From assembly GCA_004376645.1 (NCBI GenBank), contig SOJC01000077.1, positions 1-50,374 on the forward strand: a DNA stretch of 50,374 nucleotides. Direction: 5' to 3'. Both the position numbers and the translations under genes were made by a program. The stretch comes from Candidatus Bathyarchaeota archaeon (lineage in GTDB: Archaea > Thermoproteota > Bathyarchaeia > Bathyarchaeales > SOJC01). The notes under the pieces were generated by a model. That model did not search any database and was not told the DNA's origin. It was given only the letters and a program-made list of their open reading frames with translations. Of the stretch, positions 1 through 9,609 are shown piece by piece; position 1 is the first letter of the stretch; every line of letters begins with the position of its first letter.

Positions 1-103
1 ACATTTTAGAGCAGCTGAACAAACATCAAATCCTACTAGTCAGACTCAAGGCTTGTGGACTTTGCTTTTCTCTTCTGGGTATTAGCATGCATGCTCTTTG
101 CAT

Positions 104-649
104 TCAGCTTGTTTCCACCAGTTGGCTTCTTAGTGTGAAACCTATTTTGAAGGCGCTAAGGTTTGCCTCTGCAGTCTCCAGTCTGACGGAGGCTACAATT
201 GCCTTTTCCATCGCTTCTTCACTTACAATGCTTGTGATCTCTGTCAGGGCACCTAGCATGATGACGTTTGCAAACATCTTGGATCTCAACAAGTTTTCAG
301 CAACCTCGGTGACTGGTAGAGAATATGTCTTAGCTCTCATTCTGGGGGGCTTCACCAAGTCCTTGTCAATTAATACTGCTCCATCTTCTTTCAAGTCTTT
401 AACGTTCATATCAAGGGCATCTTGGCTCATTGCCACAAGAACATCGCACTTCCTGACCAATGGAAACCCTATTCTCTTATCTGCAATTATCACCTCACTC
501 TTTGCTGCACTTCCCCTCGCTTCAGCTCCATAGCTCTGTGTTTGCACAACCTTCTTCCCGTCATAGACCGCTGCCCGACCAAGAATCCGGCCTGCTAACA
601 CTACTCCCTGTCCTCCTAACCCGCAAATTCGCACTTCAATTTTTGTCAT
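104..649 (-). CDS. korC: 2-oxoacid:ferredoxin oxidoreductase gamma subunit
   Basis: GLGGQGVVLAG and SYGAEARG motifs; overlaps the beta subunit stop. Confidence 0.93.
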   Translation of the reverse strand: MTKIEVRICGLGGQGVVLAGRILGRAAVYDGKKVVQTQSYGAEARGSAAKSEVIIADKRIGFPLVRKCDVLVAMSQDALDMNVKDLKEDGAVLIDKDLVKPPRMRAKTYSLPVTEVAENLLRSKMFANVIMLGALTEITSIVSEEAMEKAIVASVRLETAEANLSAFKIGFTLRSQLVETS

Positions 650-1464
650 TGCTTCTTCGCCTTCCTCAATACCGTCTGGATCCTCTCTGAAAGCGTTGGA
701 AGGATCCTTGAGACGAACTCGCCCACAACTATCTTCTCTTCCAGTTCCCTCTCACTCAGCTGTTCTGCCTCATCAAAGGTGACGCTCTGCTCTTTCAACC
801 ATAGCAACATCTCTCCAGCGTTTTTGAAGCCCGCGCGTCGACCGTAGGCAGTTGGACACTGACTTACAACCTCGACAAAACTGAAACCTTTAGTGACCAA
901 AGCCTTCTTAATCGATTCTCTCAGTTGAACCAAGTGGGCTGTGGTCCACCGGGCTGCATAACTTGCTCCAGCAGTTGCCACTAGTCTCGCAGTGTCAAGG
1001 GAACCTTCGAAGCCCCCGTAAGGAGTTGTAGTGGTCTTGACGTTCATGGGAGTTGTTGCCGCCACTTGACCTCCAGTCATGCCATAGATCATGTTGTTGA
1101 CCATAACGACTGTGATGTCCAAGTTTCTTCTAGCGGCGTGGATTAAATGGCTTAACCCAATCCCCACCAGATCTCCGTCTCCACCAAAGACGACCACTTT
1201 CAAGTCAGGACGTACAAGCTTGACACCGGTTGCTACAGGTATGCTTCTACCGTGGGTTGTGTGTATGGAATCTGCCTTAAAGTGGGGGGAAGGGATCCAA
1301 GAGGCGCATCCGATACCACTGCAGAAGACAAATCCCTGAAAGTCTTTGTGACCAAGCTCTTGAACAGCCTTCAGGAAAACTGTAGCCACTGTTGTTCCGC
1401 CGCATCCTGCACAGAAAGGGAAGCGTATATCTCTAAGATAACTTGAGAGAGAAGCCTTGCTCAA
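646..1464 (-). CDS. korB: 2-oxoacid:ferredoxin oxidoreductase beta subunit (TPP-binding)
   Basis: FCAGCG, SGIGC, HTTHGR, GDGD...NN TPP motif, YGMTGGQ. Confidence 0.95.
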   Translation of the reverse strand: MSKASLSSYLRDIRFPFCAGCGGTTVATVFLKAVQELGHKDFQGFVFCSGIGCASWIPSPHFKADSIHTTHGRSIPVATGVKLVRPDLKVVVFGGDGDLVGIGLSHLIHAARRNLDITVVMVNNMIYGMTGGQVAATTPMNVKTTTTPYGGFEGSLDTARLVATAGASYAARWTTAHLVQLRESIKKALVTKGFSFVEVVSQCPTAYGRRAGFKNAGEMLLWLKEQSVTFDEAEQLSERELEEKIVVGEFVSRILPTLSERIQTVLRKAKKQ

Positions 1465-2615
1465 CGTTCTCCCACACTCCCTTCGATTACAGAGAAAAGC
1501 TCCTCTGGCGTCACCATCTCTCCACCCCCAATCTTGTTAACAGGCGTGACTCTTGCAGCACCCTTAACTACCCTCTGCACCTCAAAGAAAACTTGTTGCA
1601 GGTTCATCTCAGGCACAATAATGTTTTTGGCTTTCTGCGCCATCTCTTCCACAGCCTTCTCAGGAAATGGCCAAATCGTCTTTAAACGAATAAACCCAAC
1701 TTTTATTCCCCTATCTTGCGCCATCTCCACCGCCTCGTAGACTGCCCGAGAAGCACAACCGTACGAAACCACGCCAACCTCACAGTTGTCCACGTTGACA
1801 GCTTCGAAGTCAGCTAACAACTCGACGTTACTCCTGATCTTCTCGACAAGTCGAGTCACAAGAACACGATGAATCTTCGGATCTGCCGTGAAACGGACAC
1901 CGAATTCGTCATGGGTTGAGCCAGTAACTGTCACATTGAACCCTTCGCCCACCGAAGGCATTGGAGCCACACCATCTCCATCGAAGAACGCTTTATCGGT
2001 AGACTTTGGCTTCTTTCTATCGACGATTGTTATCTCCTCCAGAGGAGGCACAACCATCTGCTCACTCATGTGGGCAATTATCTCGTCAGCCAGCAAGATG
2101 ATGGGGGTACGATATTCTTCAGCCAGATTAAAGGCTCTCACTGTCAGGTCAAACATCTCTTGAACTGAGTTTGGCGATAACACTATTGAAGCGTAGTCTC
2201 CATGGGTGCCCCATCGGGCTTGCATTACGTCACCCTGTCCACATTTTGTAGCCTGCCCAGTACTAGGCCCAGCTCTCTGAATGTCAGCTATGACGCAGGG
2301 CGTCTCAGTCATGAACGCATATCCTATATTCTCTTGCATGAGGCTGAAACCTGGACCTGAAGTTGCGGTCATAGCCTTTGCCCCAGCCCAACTTGCCCCA
2401 ATCACAGAAGCTAGGGAGGCGATTTCATCTTCCATTTGAATCATTATCCCTCCTGCCTGAGGAAGACGCTTCGCTAAGTGTTCAGATATCTCGCTAGCTG
2501 GCGTAATTGGATAAGCAGCGAAAAACCGGCATCCAGCAACGATTGCGGCTTCAGCTAAAGCTTCATTCCCCCGCATGAAGTGGCTACCAGAAGTTAGATG
2601 ATTAACCATACACAC
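1461..2615 (-). CDS. korA: 2-oxoacid:ferredoxin oxidoreductase alpha subunit
   Basis: GNEA, YPITPASEI, QMEDEI, ATSGPGFSLMQE, RAGPSTG motifs; start could be 2609. Confidence 0.95.
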   Translation of the reverse strand: MCMVNHLTSGSHFMRGNEALAEAAIVAGCRFFAAYPITPASEISEHLAKRLPQAGGIMIQMEDEIASLASVIGASWAGAKAMTATSGPGFSLMQENIGYAFMTETPCVIADIQRAGPSTGQATKCGQGDVMQARWGTHGDYASIVLSPNSVQEMFDLTVRAFNLAEEYRTPIILLADEIIAHMSEQMVVPPLEEITIVDRKKPKSTDKAFFDGDGVAPMPSVGEGFNVTVTGSTHDEFGVRFTADPKIHRVLVTRLVEKIRSNVELLADFEAVNVDNCEVGVVSYGCASRAVYEAVEMAQDRGIKVGFIRLKTIWPFPEKAVEEMAQKAKNIIVPEMNLQQVFFEVQRVVKGAARVTPVNKIGGGEMVTPEELFSVIEGSVGER

Positions 2616-2768
2616 GCATCCCTACATAGTTTTGTCTGTATCCATCCCTTGTCTTAAGGTTTATCTAAATGCCTCTTGAGCAACGTCTGAGGGGAATCTA
2701 AGAAAACCTGAACAGAGAAAAAGAACTGGAGGGATTGATACTTCCGATCTTGTCAAATCACGGGATTA

Positions 2769-5700
2769 TTATTCTCTTCTCTTCTTGATGTAAAGCACTA
2801 CTATCCCAGCGATCCCAATTCCAGCCCCTGCGATGTAGAGGTATAATGAGTATTGTTTTAGGAAGGAGGGGGGGCCAACTGTGAAGCGCACGTAGGAGGA
2901 TGAACTTTCGTAGATCCAGTCATTTTCTGGAAAGATTGCTTGAACACTCCAAGTTCCTAGTGTTTCAAGCTTGAAGCTAGCAGTGAATGTTCCATTAGTT
3001 GATGTTGTGACCGTTTGCTGAAATGTTCCATTGGGGGAAACGTATACCAGTGTTATGGTTAAGTTTTGGGCGGCTGGTGTTATGAAACCCGTTAGTGTTA
3101 GGTTTTCTTCGATGGCAACTGTATCTGCCTCAAGAGTTATGTTTAGTTGAGATTCGAATTTTACTGAGTAGCTTCCGTTGTATGTAAGAATGTTTTCGAG
3201 AATATCCACTGCTTGAACCTTGTACTCCACAGTTGTGCCGGCTTGTTGACCAGGCACAATCGCAATGGCTGTTCGGTTGTCTACTATCTGCATGGTTAAG
3301 GTTGTGGTGTCTTGCCAATGGTTGATGGAGTAGAAGAGTGTTGAATCCTCTAAATCTGTGAGTGGGGAAACGAAGGATAGGGTTGTTTCGTTGTCGGGAA
3401 TTACTTTAAGAGGAGGAGATAGGGATTCGATGAAAGCTTTTCCGAATTCCGTCTTCACAAGGAACCTTATCACTTCGTTGCCTTCCTCGCCCAAGAAGAC
3501 GAGGTGGTAGAGATTGTTGCCTTCAAACGGCGACGAATAGTTGATTAGCATATCCTGTCCGTAAAACTCGCAGCTGGCACTTGCCACTCCGCTGAAACCT
3601 TTGCTTTCAAGATTATATCCTCCAAAGCCTTGCTGATCAAGCTCTCCAAAAAGCCCTGCCTCCCAAGCCAATGGTATATCTTTCAGTTGGCCTCCCACTC
3701 CAAGCTCGGGGTTAGCCATCAAATAGAGTCGAACCTCATACATGTCTAAACCTTCAGGAACTCTAATGCGAACCTCAAAACGAGAACTGTTAGTCGCAAA
3801 CTCGAAGGCCCAACTAGTATTTTCTACGTGCATGTAGTTCTGCTTTCCCTGAATGTAGACTTCATTCCATAAGTTGCACTCTACGTTCTCAATGATCATG
3901 AAGGTGCCTGCTTTGGCAACCTGGCTCTCCCGGGGATCATTGCGGATGATGAATGTGTAGTTGCCTGTCTGCTTTGGTGTGAAGAAGGGCTCGTTGAGAC
4001 TTGTCACCGTAATTCCTAGGTGTTCCTGCAACTGGGCAGATTGTGTATGGTATCCTTCTAATGTGCCTAGCGGATTAAAGACGTAGATGTCATAGTCGGT
4101 CTTGTCATCAGAAGTCTTCTCAACCCAATCTCCGTAGAAGTAAATATGATACCTTTTACCTTGAGTTAGGTGGCAGAGAATTGTGTAGTTGGAACCAACT
4201 GGGATTTGGGACTCACTGATCTGTACGGGAAACATAGGCTTGCTGATGTAGGTCCAGTTACCGTACGGAGGAGTGTTTACAAAGATCTTGGCGCTTTGAA
4301 CTGTGAAATTTTTCTGTTGACTTGAGGTTTCATAGATGATGTTATTTCCGTCAAACCACGCTTGAACCATCCAACACCCAGTTTTTTCTGTGGCGAATTC
4401 AACTCTCCAGCTTCCGTTGACATCTGTGTGTGCGACTGCTTCAGAGGTTGTATTCAGGGTGGCGAAGAGTACACGTACAGTAAGGTTTTCCACAGGGGGG
4501 CTTAAGTATCCATCAACCGATACAGGTTCGCTTATGAAGGCGTTCTCTTTATCCAACGTGAAGCCTAATGAAGCCTCATGTTTTACCGTGTAATTTCCGT
4601 CAAAAAATATGTAGCTGTCAAGCATATTCAAAGCTTCAACCCTGTATTGGACAAGCGACCCCGCTTCCTGACTTGGAACTACGGCAGAAGATGTCCAGTT
4701 CTCGTTCACAGTCATCTCTATCTCAGATACGTCTTCCCAGTCGTCTACAGAGTAGTACAGCTTGGCTTCCTTCAGTTCGGAGTCAGATGAAAAAACCAGT
4801 CTAGTGGGGTTTCCTGGGTAAACTCGATCAAGAGGATCAACCAATGTTAGTACGCCCTCTTCGAATCTTGTCTTTACTGCGAACTTGACCAATCCATCAC
4901 CATTTTCACCTATCAAAACAAGATGGTAAAGACGTTTGCCAGAGGTGGGTGATGTATAGTTGATGAGCATGTCTTGTCCGTAGTACTCGCAGCTGGCATA
5001 AGCTATGCCTCTGAACTCTTTGCTTTCCAGATTAAAACCACCGTAGTCTTGAGGATCAAGCTCTCCATAAAGCCCTGGCTCCCACGCTAAAGGAAACTCG
5101 TTAAGTAGCTCCCCCATTCCAGCTTCTGGGTTGGCCATCAGATAAAGACGAGCCTCATACATATCTAGACTCTCAGGCACCATTATGGAGACTTCGATTC
5201 GCTCACTGTCAGTAGCGAATTCAAAAGCCCAACTGGTGTTGAAAGTAGGCACGTCATTCTCTTTACCTTGAATGAAGATGTCATGCCACCTATTACACAT
5301 TGCATCCTCAATGATCATGAATGTTGCAGGTTTGGCTGCTTTGCTTTCTCTCGGATCATTTCTAATGACAAAGCTGTAGTTTCCTGAATTCGTCGGAACG
5401 AAGTGGGGTTCGTCTACATTTGTGCCCAAATGCTCAGGCAACCCAACTGCCTCTGTATGGTAAGTTTCGAGTTCACCACTTGGATTATAGACGAAGACGT
5501 CATAGTCGGTGTCAGGGGTAGAACCATAGTCTACCCACTCTCCATAGCAATAGACGTGATATGTATGGTTGGCTTTTAAGGGACAGAGAACTGTCCAATT
5601 AGAGCCCAATGGAATTTGGGAATCATTGAAGTATACGGGGAACATCGGCTTCTCCACAAAAGTCCAGTTGCCATAAGGTGGAGTGTTAATGAAGTGGTGA

Positions 5701-5828
5701 ACGTACCTCAGGTATTCTGGAAAGCTTTCAGCCTTTCCCGAGAAAGGTGAAGGCCAACTCAAAGCAAACATCAACAAGATAATGGCTATCATAGTGGAGA
5801 ACAATCTAGAAGAGCCAACTAGTCTCAT
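2769..5828 (-). CDS. Large secreted, C-terminally membrane-anchored surface glycoprotein with two tandem ~470-aa repeats
   Basis: N-terminal signal peptide, C-terminal hydrophobic helix plus KKRRE tail, many N-x-S/T sequons, duplicated F(I/V)NTPPYGNWT...ASCE(Y/F)YGQDMLINY units. Confidence 0.8.
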   Translation of the reverse strand: MRLVGSSRLFSTMIAIILLMFALSWPSPFSGKAESFPEYLRYVHHFINTPPYGNWTFVEKPMFPVYFNDSQIPLGSNWTVLCPLKANHTYHVYCYGEWVDYGSTPDTDYDVFVYNPSGELETYHTEAVGLPEHLGTNVDEPHFVPTNSGNYSFVIRNDPRESKAAKPATFMIIEDAMCNRWHDIFIQGKENDVPTFNTSWAFEFATDSERIEVSIMVPESLDMYEARLYLMANPEAGMGELLNEFPLAWEPGLYGELDPQDYGGFNLESKEFRGIAYASCEYYGQDMLINYTSPTSGKRLYHLVLIGENGDGLVKFAVKTRFEEGVLTLVDPLDRVYPGNPTRLVFSSDSELKEAKLYYSVDDWEDVSEIEMTVNENWTSSAVVPSQEAGSLVQYRVEALNMLDSYIFFDGNYTVKHEASLGFTLDKENAFISEPVSVDGYLSPPVENLTVRVLFATLNTTSEAVAHTDVNGSWRVEFATEKTGCWMVQAWFDGNNIIYETSSQQKNFTVQSAKIFVNTPPYGNWTYISKPMFPVQISESQIPVGSNYTILCHLTQGKRYHIYFYGDWVEKTSDDKTDYDIYVFNPLGTLEGYHTQSAQLQEHLGITVTSLNEPFFTPKQTGNYTFIIRNDPRESQVAKAGTFMIIENVECNLWNEVYIQGKQNYMHVENTSWAFEFATNSSRFEVRIRVPEGLDMYEVRLYLMANPELGVGGQLKDIPLAWEAGLFGELDQQGFGGYNLESKGFSGVASASCEFYGQDMLINYSSPFEGNNLYHLVFLGEEGNEVIRFLVKTEFGKAFIESLSPPLKVIPDNETTLSFVSPLTDLEDSTLFYSINHWQDTTTLTMQIVDNRTAIAIVPGQQAGTTVEYKVQAVDILENILTYNGSYSVKFESQLNITLEADTVAIEENLTLTGFITPAAQNLTITLVYVSPNGTFQQTVTTSTNGTFTASFKLETLGTWSVQAIFPENDWIYESSSSYVRFTVGPPSFLKQYSLYLYIAGAGIGIAGIVVLYIKKRRE
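2874..5693 (-). repeat. Intragenic tandem duplication, two diverged units of about 1410 bp
   Basis: Unit starts FINTPPYG (5693) and FVNTPPYG (4283) are 1410 nt apart; motifs are collinear in both units. Confidence 0.85.
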
Positions 5829-6000
5829 CTTGCACAGCCCCCTCGAAGAATCACTCTCTTCAGAGGATAATTGTTATGAATTCCAAATACAGATTCCAAC
5901 ACTGAACTCGAATCTGAATATAGCCAAAACTGAGCAACATCTCGAATCTCACCAAAAAAGAAAGAAGGGAATGAGAACGACCTTGGCTTCATGCAATGTC

Positions 6001-6534
6001 TTAATCTTCGATGTTGAACGGTAAGACTGCGAAGATATGTGCATCTGTTGCATTAGTTATTTCGTATCCAAACAATAAGTACGCACCATAATTTTCTTCA
6101 GCAACTAACGGAGTCTTGAGGGCTTTGACCGTCACGTTTTCACCTTGAACAAGGAAACCATTGTCGAAAAGATCCTTTGCTCTAACAATTTCCATTCCCA
6201 CGGACCAGACAGGAGGTAGCAACACTCTGACTTGCCCATCTCCGACGTCTAAGATCAACATATGTCTTGTCAAACCAACAACCGTTCCATCAACGGTTAC
6301 TGGCTCCGAGTTTTTAATGATCCAATACCAGTGTTTTTTATGACGGAACTCATTGCGCCAATAACATCTTTGTCTAATCCAAGGATGCTCTGACGCTACA
6401 TCTAGGATCTTGCACTCTTCAGGGGAAATGTCTGCTTGAGTTGCCATAATCGTTGGAACATAGAAAATTAAACCTACAGCTATAGCTACCAGTATTCCTG
6501 CAATCGCAATTTGTTTCTTCGATTTCATCTGCAT
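6001..6534 (-). CDS. Hypothetical membrane-anchored or secreted protein, possible OB-fold-like beta domain
   Basis: GGAGGTGA RBS; basic plus hydrophobic N-terminus; VTVDGTVVG...GENVTVKA pattern. Confidence 0.65.
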   Translation of the reverse strand: MQMKSKKQIAIAGILVAIAVGLIFYVPTIMATQADISPEECKILDVASEHPWIRQRCYWRNEFRHKKHWYWIIKNSEPVTVDGTVVGLTRHMLILDVGDGQVRVLLPPVWSVGMEIVRAKDLFDNGFLVQGENVTVKALKTPLVAEENYGAYLLFGYEITNATDAHIFAVLPFNIED

Positions 6535-6802
6535 TCACCTCCTTACATTTTTCACCATTTTCAAGTTTGTTTTCAAAAAATAACTTCTAAAAACTCACTA
6601 TTAAGCGAAACGGTTACAAAAAACCCGAATTATTGCAAAACAAGGTTCTATGAACCTCGAACAGCAATCCAAAATAGTTCTGGAAACCTAGAACCTTAAA
6701 CCCTAGACCCCAAGAGAGAGCTCTTTACTCAATCAAACCTGCAGACGTAACATGGAAAGATATTTACCCTCTCAGGGCAGCTACGTAAATGAAGGTGAAA
6801 CC

Positions 6803-8224
6803 ATGGAAAAAGACATTACAGATTACGCGCTGGACTATGCCCGAAGGAAGCACATCCAATATGCAGAAGTAAGAGCACACCGAACAAAAAATGAACAGTT
6901 AGTAATCAAGAACGGAGTTTTGGACGCCTTCCTCTCAACCATTGACAGCGGTTTCTGTGTTAGGATACTCACCGAAGGAGGCTTAGGCTTTGCGTCAACC
7001 AACAAGTGGACAAAAGATGAAGCAAAAGCAGTAGTGGACACAGCTTACAAGTTCGCCACTATGGCAAAACGTAAAGACAAGATTACTTTTGCAGAAGAAA
7101 AAGGTGTTGAAGCGAAATGGAGCGTTCCACAGAAAAAAAAGATTGAAGATATATCTCCAGAACAGAAAATTGAGGAGTTGATGGAAGTTGACAAACGCTT
7201 ATCATCCCAAGACGGATTGAACATTCCGGGAAGGATAATAGCTTGCTCGATGACACTCACAGAGAAATACTTCGCCAACTCCGAAAGTTCAATAATCTCA
7301 TCTTTTGTACCCAAAATAGGGCCCTTCGCTTTCATAACGGTAGTTGAAAATGGCAAGCCCGAACAAGCCTACAAACAGTTTGGGCGAAGCGGAGGATGGG
7401 AAGCCTTCGACGAGTGGAAAATGGCTGAATCCCTACTTCATGATGCAAGGGTTCTCCAGAAACTGATCAAGGAAGGAAAAAACGTCAAACCCGAAAAGAT
7501 GGATTTGGTATGCGGACCTGAGGTCACAGGAATCGCCGCCCATGAGTCCTGTGGACACCCAACGGAAGCAGATCGAATATTGGGGCGTGAGATGAGCCAG
7601 GCAGGACGCTCTTTCATATACCAAGGAGGATCTTACTGGTTAGGAACAACAATAGGCAGCAACCTGGTTACAATAGTTGATGATCCTACTGTGGAAAACA
7701 GCTACGGCTACTATGAGTATGATGACGAAGGTATCAAAGCAAGACCACGATACTTGTATAAGAACGGTGTGATAAACGAGTTCCTCCACAACAGAGAGAC
7801 TGCAGCGAAGCTAGGCACAAGAAGCAACGGATCCTCAAGAGCAAACAGCTACTCAAGAGAAGCCATCGTTAGAATGGCCAATACATTCCTACTGCCAGGC
7901 GATTGGACCCAAGAAGAGATCATCGAAGATGTGAAATATGGAATCTACATGCGATCCTTCACTGAATGGAACATTGATGACGTACGTTTCAATCAACGTT
8001 ACGTGGGAAGAGAAGCATATCTAATTAAAGATGGGGAGTTAAAACACCCAATAGCCAGACCGGTAATTGAGACGACTACACAGACTTGGTGGAGTGCTGT
8101 TGACGCGATATCGAAAGAGATCGATTATGATGCTGCAACCTGCGGTAAAGGTGACCCAATGCAAGGAGCACCTGTATACACTGGCGGTCCAACTATACGT
8201 CTAAAGGAGGTGTACGTGAGATGA
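6803..8224 (+). CDS. tldD: TldD family metalloprotease subunit
   Basis: HESCGHPTEAD metal motif, YDDEG, RMANT, CGKG; ATG at 6803 follows AGGTGA and is preferred over 6752. Confidence 0.93.
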   Translation: MEKDITDYALDYARRKHIQYAEVRAHRTKNEQLVIKNGVLDAFLSTIDSGFCVRILTEGGLGFASTNKWTKDEAKAVVDTAYKFATMAKRKDKITFAEEKGVEAKWSVPQKKKIEDISPEQKIEELMEVDKRLSSQDGLNIPGRIIACSMTLTEKYFANSESSIISSFVPKIGPFAFITVVENGKPEQAYKQFGRSGGWEAFDEWKMAESLLHDARVLQKLIKEGKNVKPEKMDLVCGPEVTGIAAHESCGHPTEADRILGREMSQAGRSFIYQGGSYWLGTTIGSNLVTIVDDPTVENSYGYYEYDDEGIKARPRYLYKNGVINEFLHNRETAAKLGTRSNGSSRANSYSREAIVRMANTFLLPGDWTQEEIIEDVKYGIYMRSFTEWNIDDVRFNQRYVGREAYLIKDGELKHPIARPVIETTTQTWWSAVDAISKEIDYDAATCGKGDPMQGAPVYTGGPTIRLKEVYVR

Positions 8225-9546
8225 GCGAAGTATTGACAAAGACCCAGGAGATAGTCAAGGAAGGGATGACCTTAGGGGCAGACGAAGTTCTGGCTAAAAC
8301 AACCTTTGGCAGGTATAGACAAACAAGATTCAGCAACAATCAAATCGACATAACAGTAGCGTGGAACGACTATGTAACGGATGTCACCCTCGCATGGAAG
8401 AAACGTCTAGTTTCAACACAAGTCAGGGATTTCCAAAACACAAGCAGCATCGTAAAGCGTCTTTTCGAACTGGCTAAGGTGTCAAAGGAGAATCCTACAT
8501 ATGGTGGCATCGCAAAAGGCACTTTTGAATATTCAAAGCCTACCGCAGATGAATCTCTGAGAGAGCTGGAAACCCCTTCTGAGTATGTCCTTGAAGCCAT
8601 AGAAGCTGCGAAGAAAGAGGCAGGTGAAGAAGTCAACGCCGGTGGAACTCTCTTCACGAAATATGAAGATGTCTACCTTGTTTCTTCGCAAGGACCTATT
8701 GGACAAGACGAGAGGTCAGCGATTGAACTCTCAATCAGAGCCTTCTCTCGGATTGACGCCTCCGGCCATGGAGTCGAGTGCTGTTCTTCGTTAAAGGACT
8801 TCAAACCTGCCAGGGCTGGAGAGAAAGCAGGTAGAATCGCGAAGTTGGCTAGAAATGTAAAGCAGGGGGAAGAAGGAAAGTATGACATCATCTTCGATCC
8901 ACTCTTCTTCGGTTCAATGCTGGCAACTTGGGGCTCTATGGCCTCCGCATTCAGCGTCATGATTAAGCTGTCAGTTTTCGTAGACAAACTCGGCAAGAAA
9001 GTCGGCTCCGACATTGTCACACTCAGAGACAATCCAGCGAGATACTGCGTGAGCAACCACGTATTCGATGACGAAGGATTTCCCACACAAGAGAACATTT
9101 TCATCGACCGTGGAATCCTCAAAACATACTTGCACAACACATCCACAGCTAAGATCTTCAAGACTCAAACAACTGGCAACGCTGGACTAGTACAACCCGC
9201 AGCATGGAACATCGAAATGGACCCAGGAGATCTAAGCAAAGACGAGCTTTTCAAAGAAGTAAAACGTGGCCTATACCTCACAAACACCTGGTACACAAGA
9301 TTCCAGAACTATGCCACAGGAGATTTCTCCACAATTCCAAGAGACGGCATCTTCCTAATAGAGAATGGTGAAATTAAGCAATCATTGAAAGACCTGCGAC
9401 TAAGCGATAACGTACTCAGACTCCTCAACCAAATCAAAGGCATCTCCAAAGAGAGGCAACATGTCCACTGGTGGCTTGAAGCTGATCCTCCATCTCTATC
9501 ACCATATGTCCTAGCAGAAGACATACAGATGACAAGGCCAAAGTAG
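8221..9546 (+). CDS. tldE: TldE/PmbA family subunit
   Basis: TRFSNNQI, FDDEG, TGNAG, TGDFS; no HExxxH; start overlaps the tldD stop. Confidence 0.9.
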   Translation: MSEVLTKTQEIVKEGMTLGADEVLAKTTFGRYRQTRFSNNQIDITVAWNDYVTDVTLAWKKRLVSTQVRDFQNTSSIVKRLFELAKVSKENPTYGGIAKGTFEYSKPTADESLRELETPSEYVLEAIEAAKKEAGEEVNAGGTLFTKYEDVYLVSSQGPIGQDERSAIELSIRAFSRIDASGHGVECCSSLKDFKPARAGEKAGRIAKLARNVKQGEEGKYDIIFDPLFFGSMLATWGSMASAFSVMIKLSVFVDKLGKKVGSDIVTLRDNPARYCVSNHVFDDEGFPTQENIFIDRGILKTYLHNTSTAKIFKTQTTGNAGLVQPAAWNIEMDPGDLSKDELFKEVKRGLYLTNTWYTRFQNYATGDFSTIPRDGIFLIENGEIKQSLKDLRLSDNVLRLLNQIKGISKERQHVHWWLEADPPSLSPYVLAEDIQMTRPK

Positions 9547-9609
9547 CTTGTTCCTCCTCCCGCAAATCCTCACAAGCAGAACATGCCAAAACCTATCTGA
9601 GGAGTTATC

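Noticed and set aside
87..533. 148-aa plus-strand ORF and the many similar short antisense ORFs in the track
   Set aside because: They lie opposite well-supported genes and have the Ser/Thr/Ile/Phe-rich composition of reverse-frame shadows.
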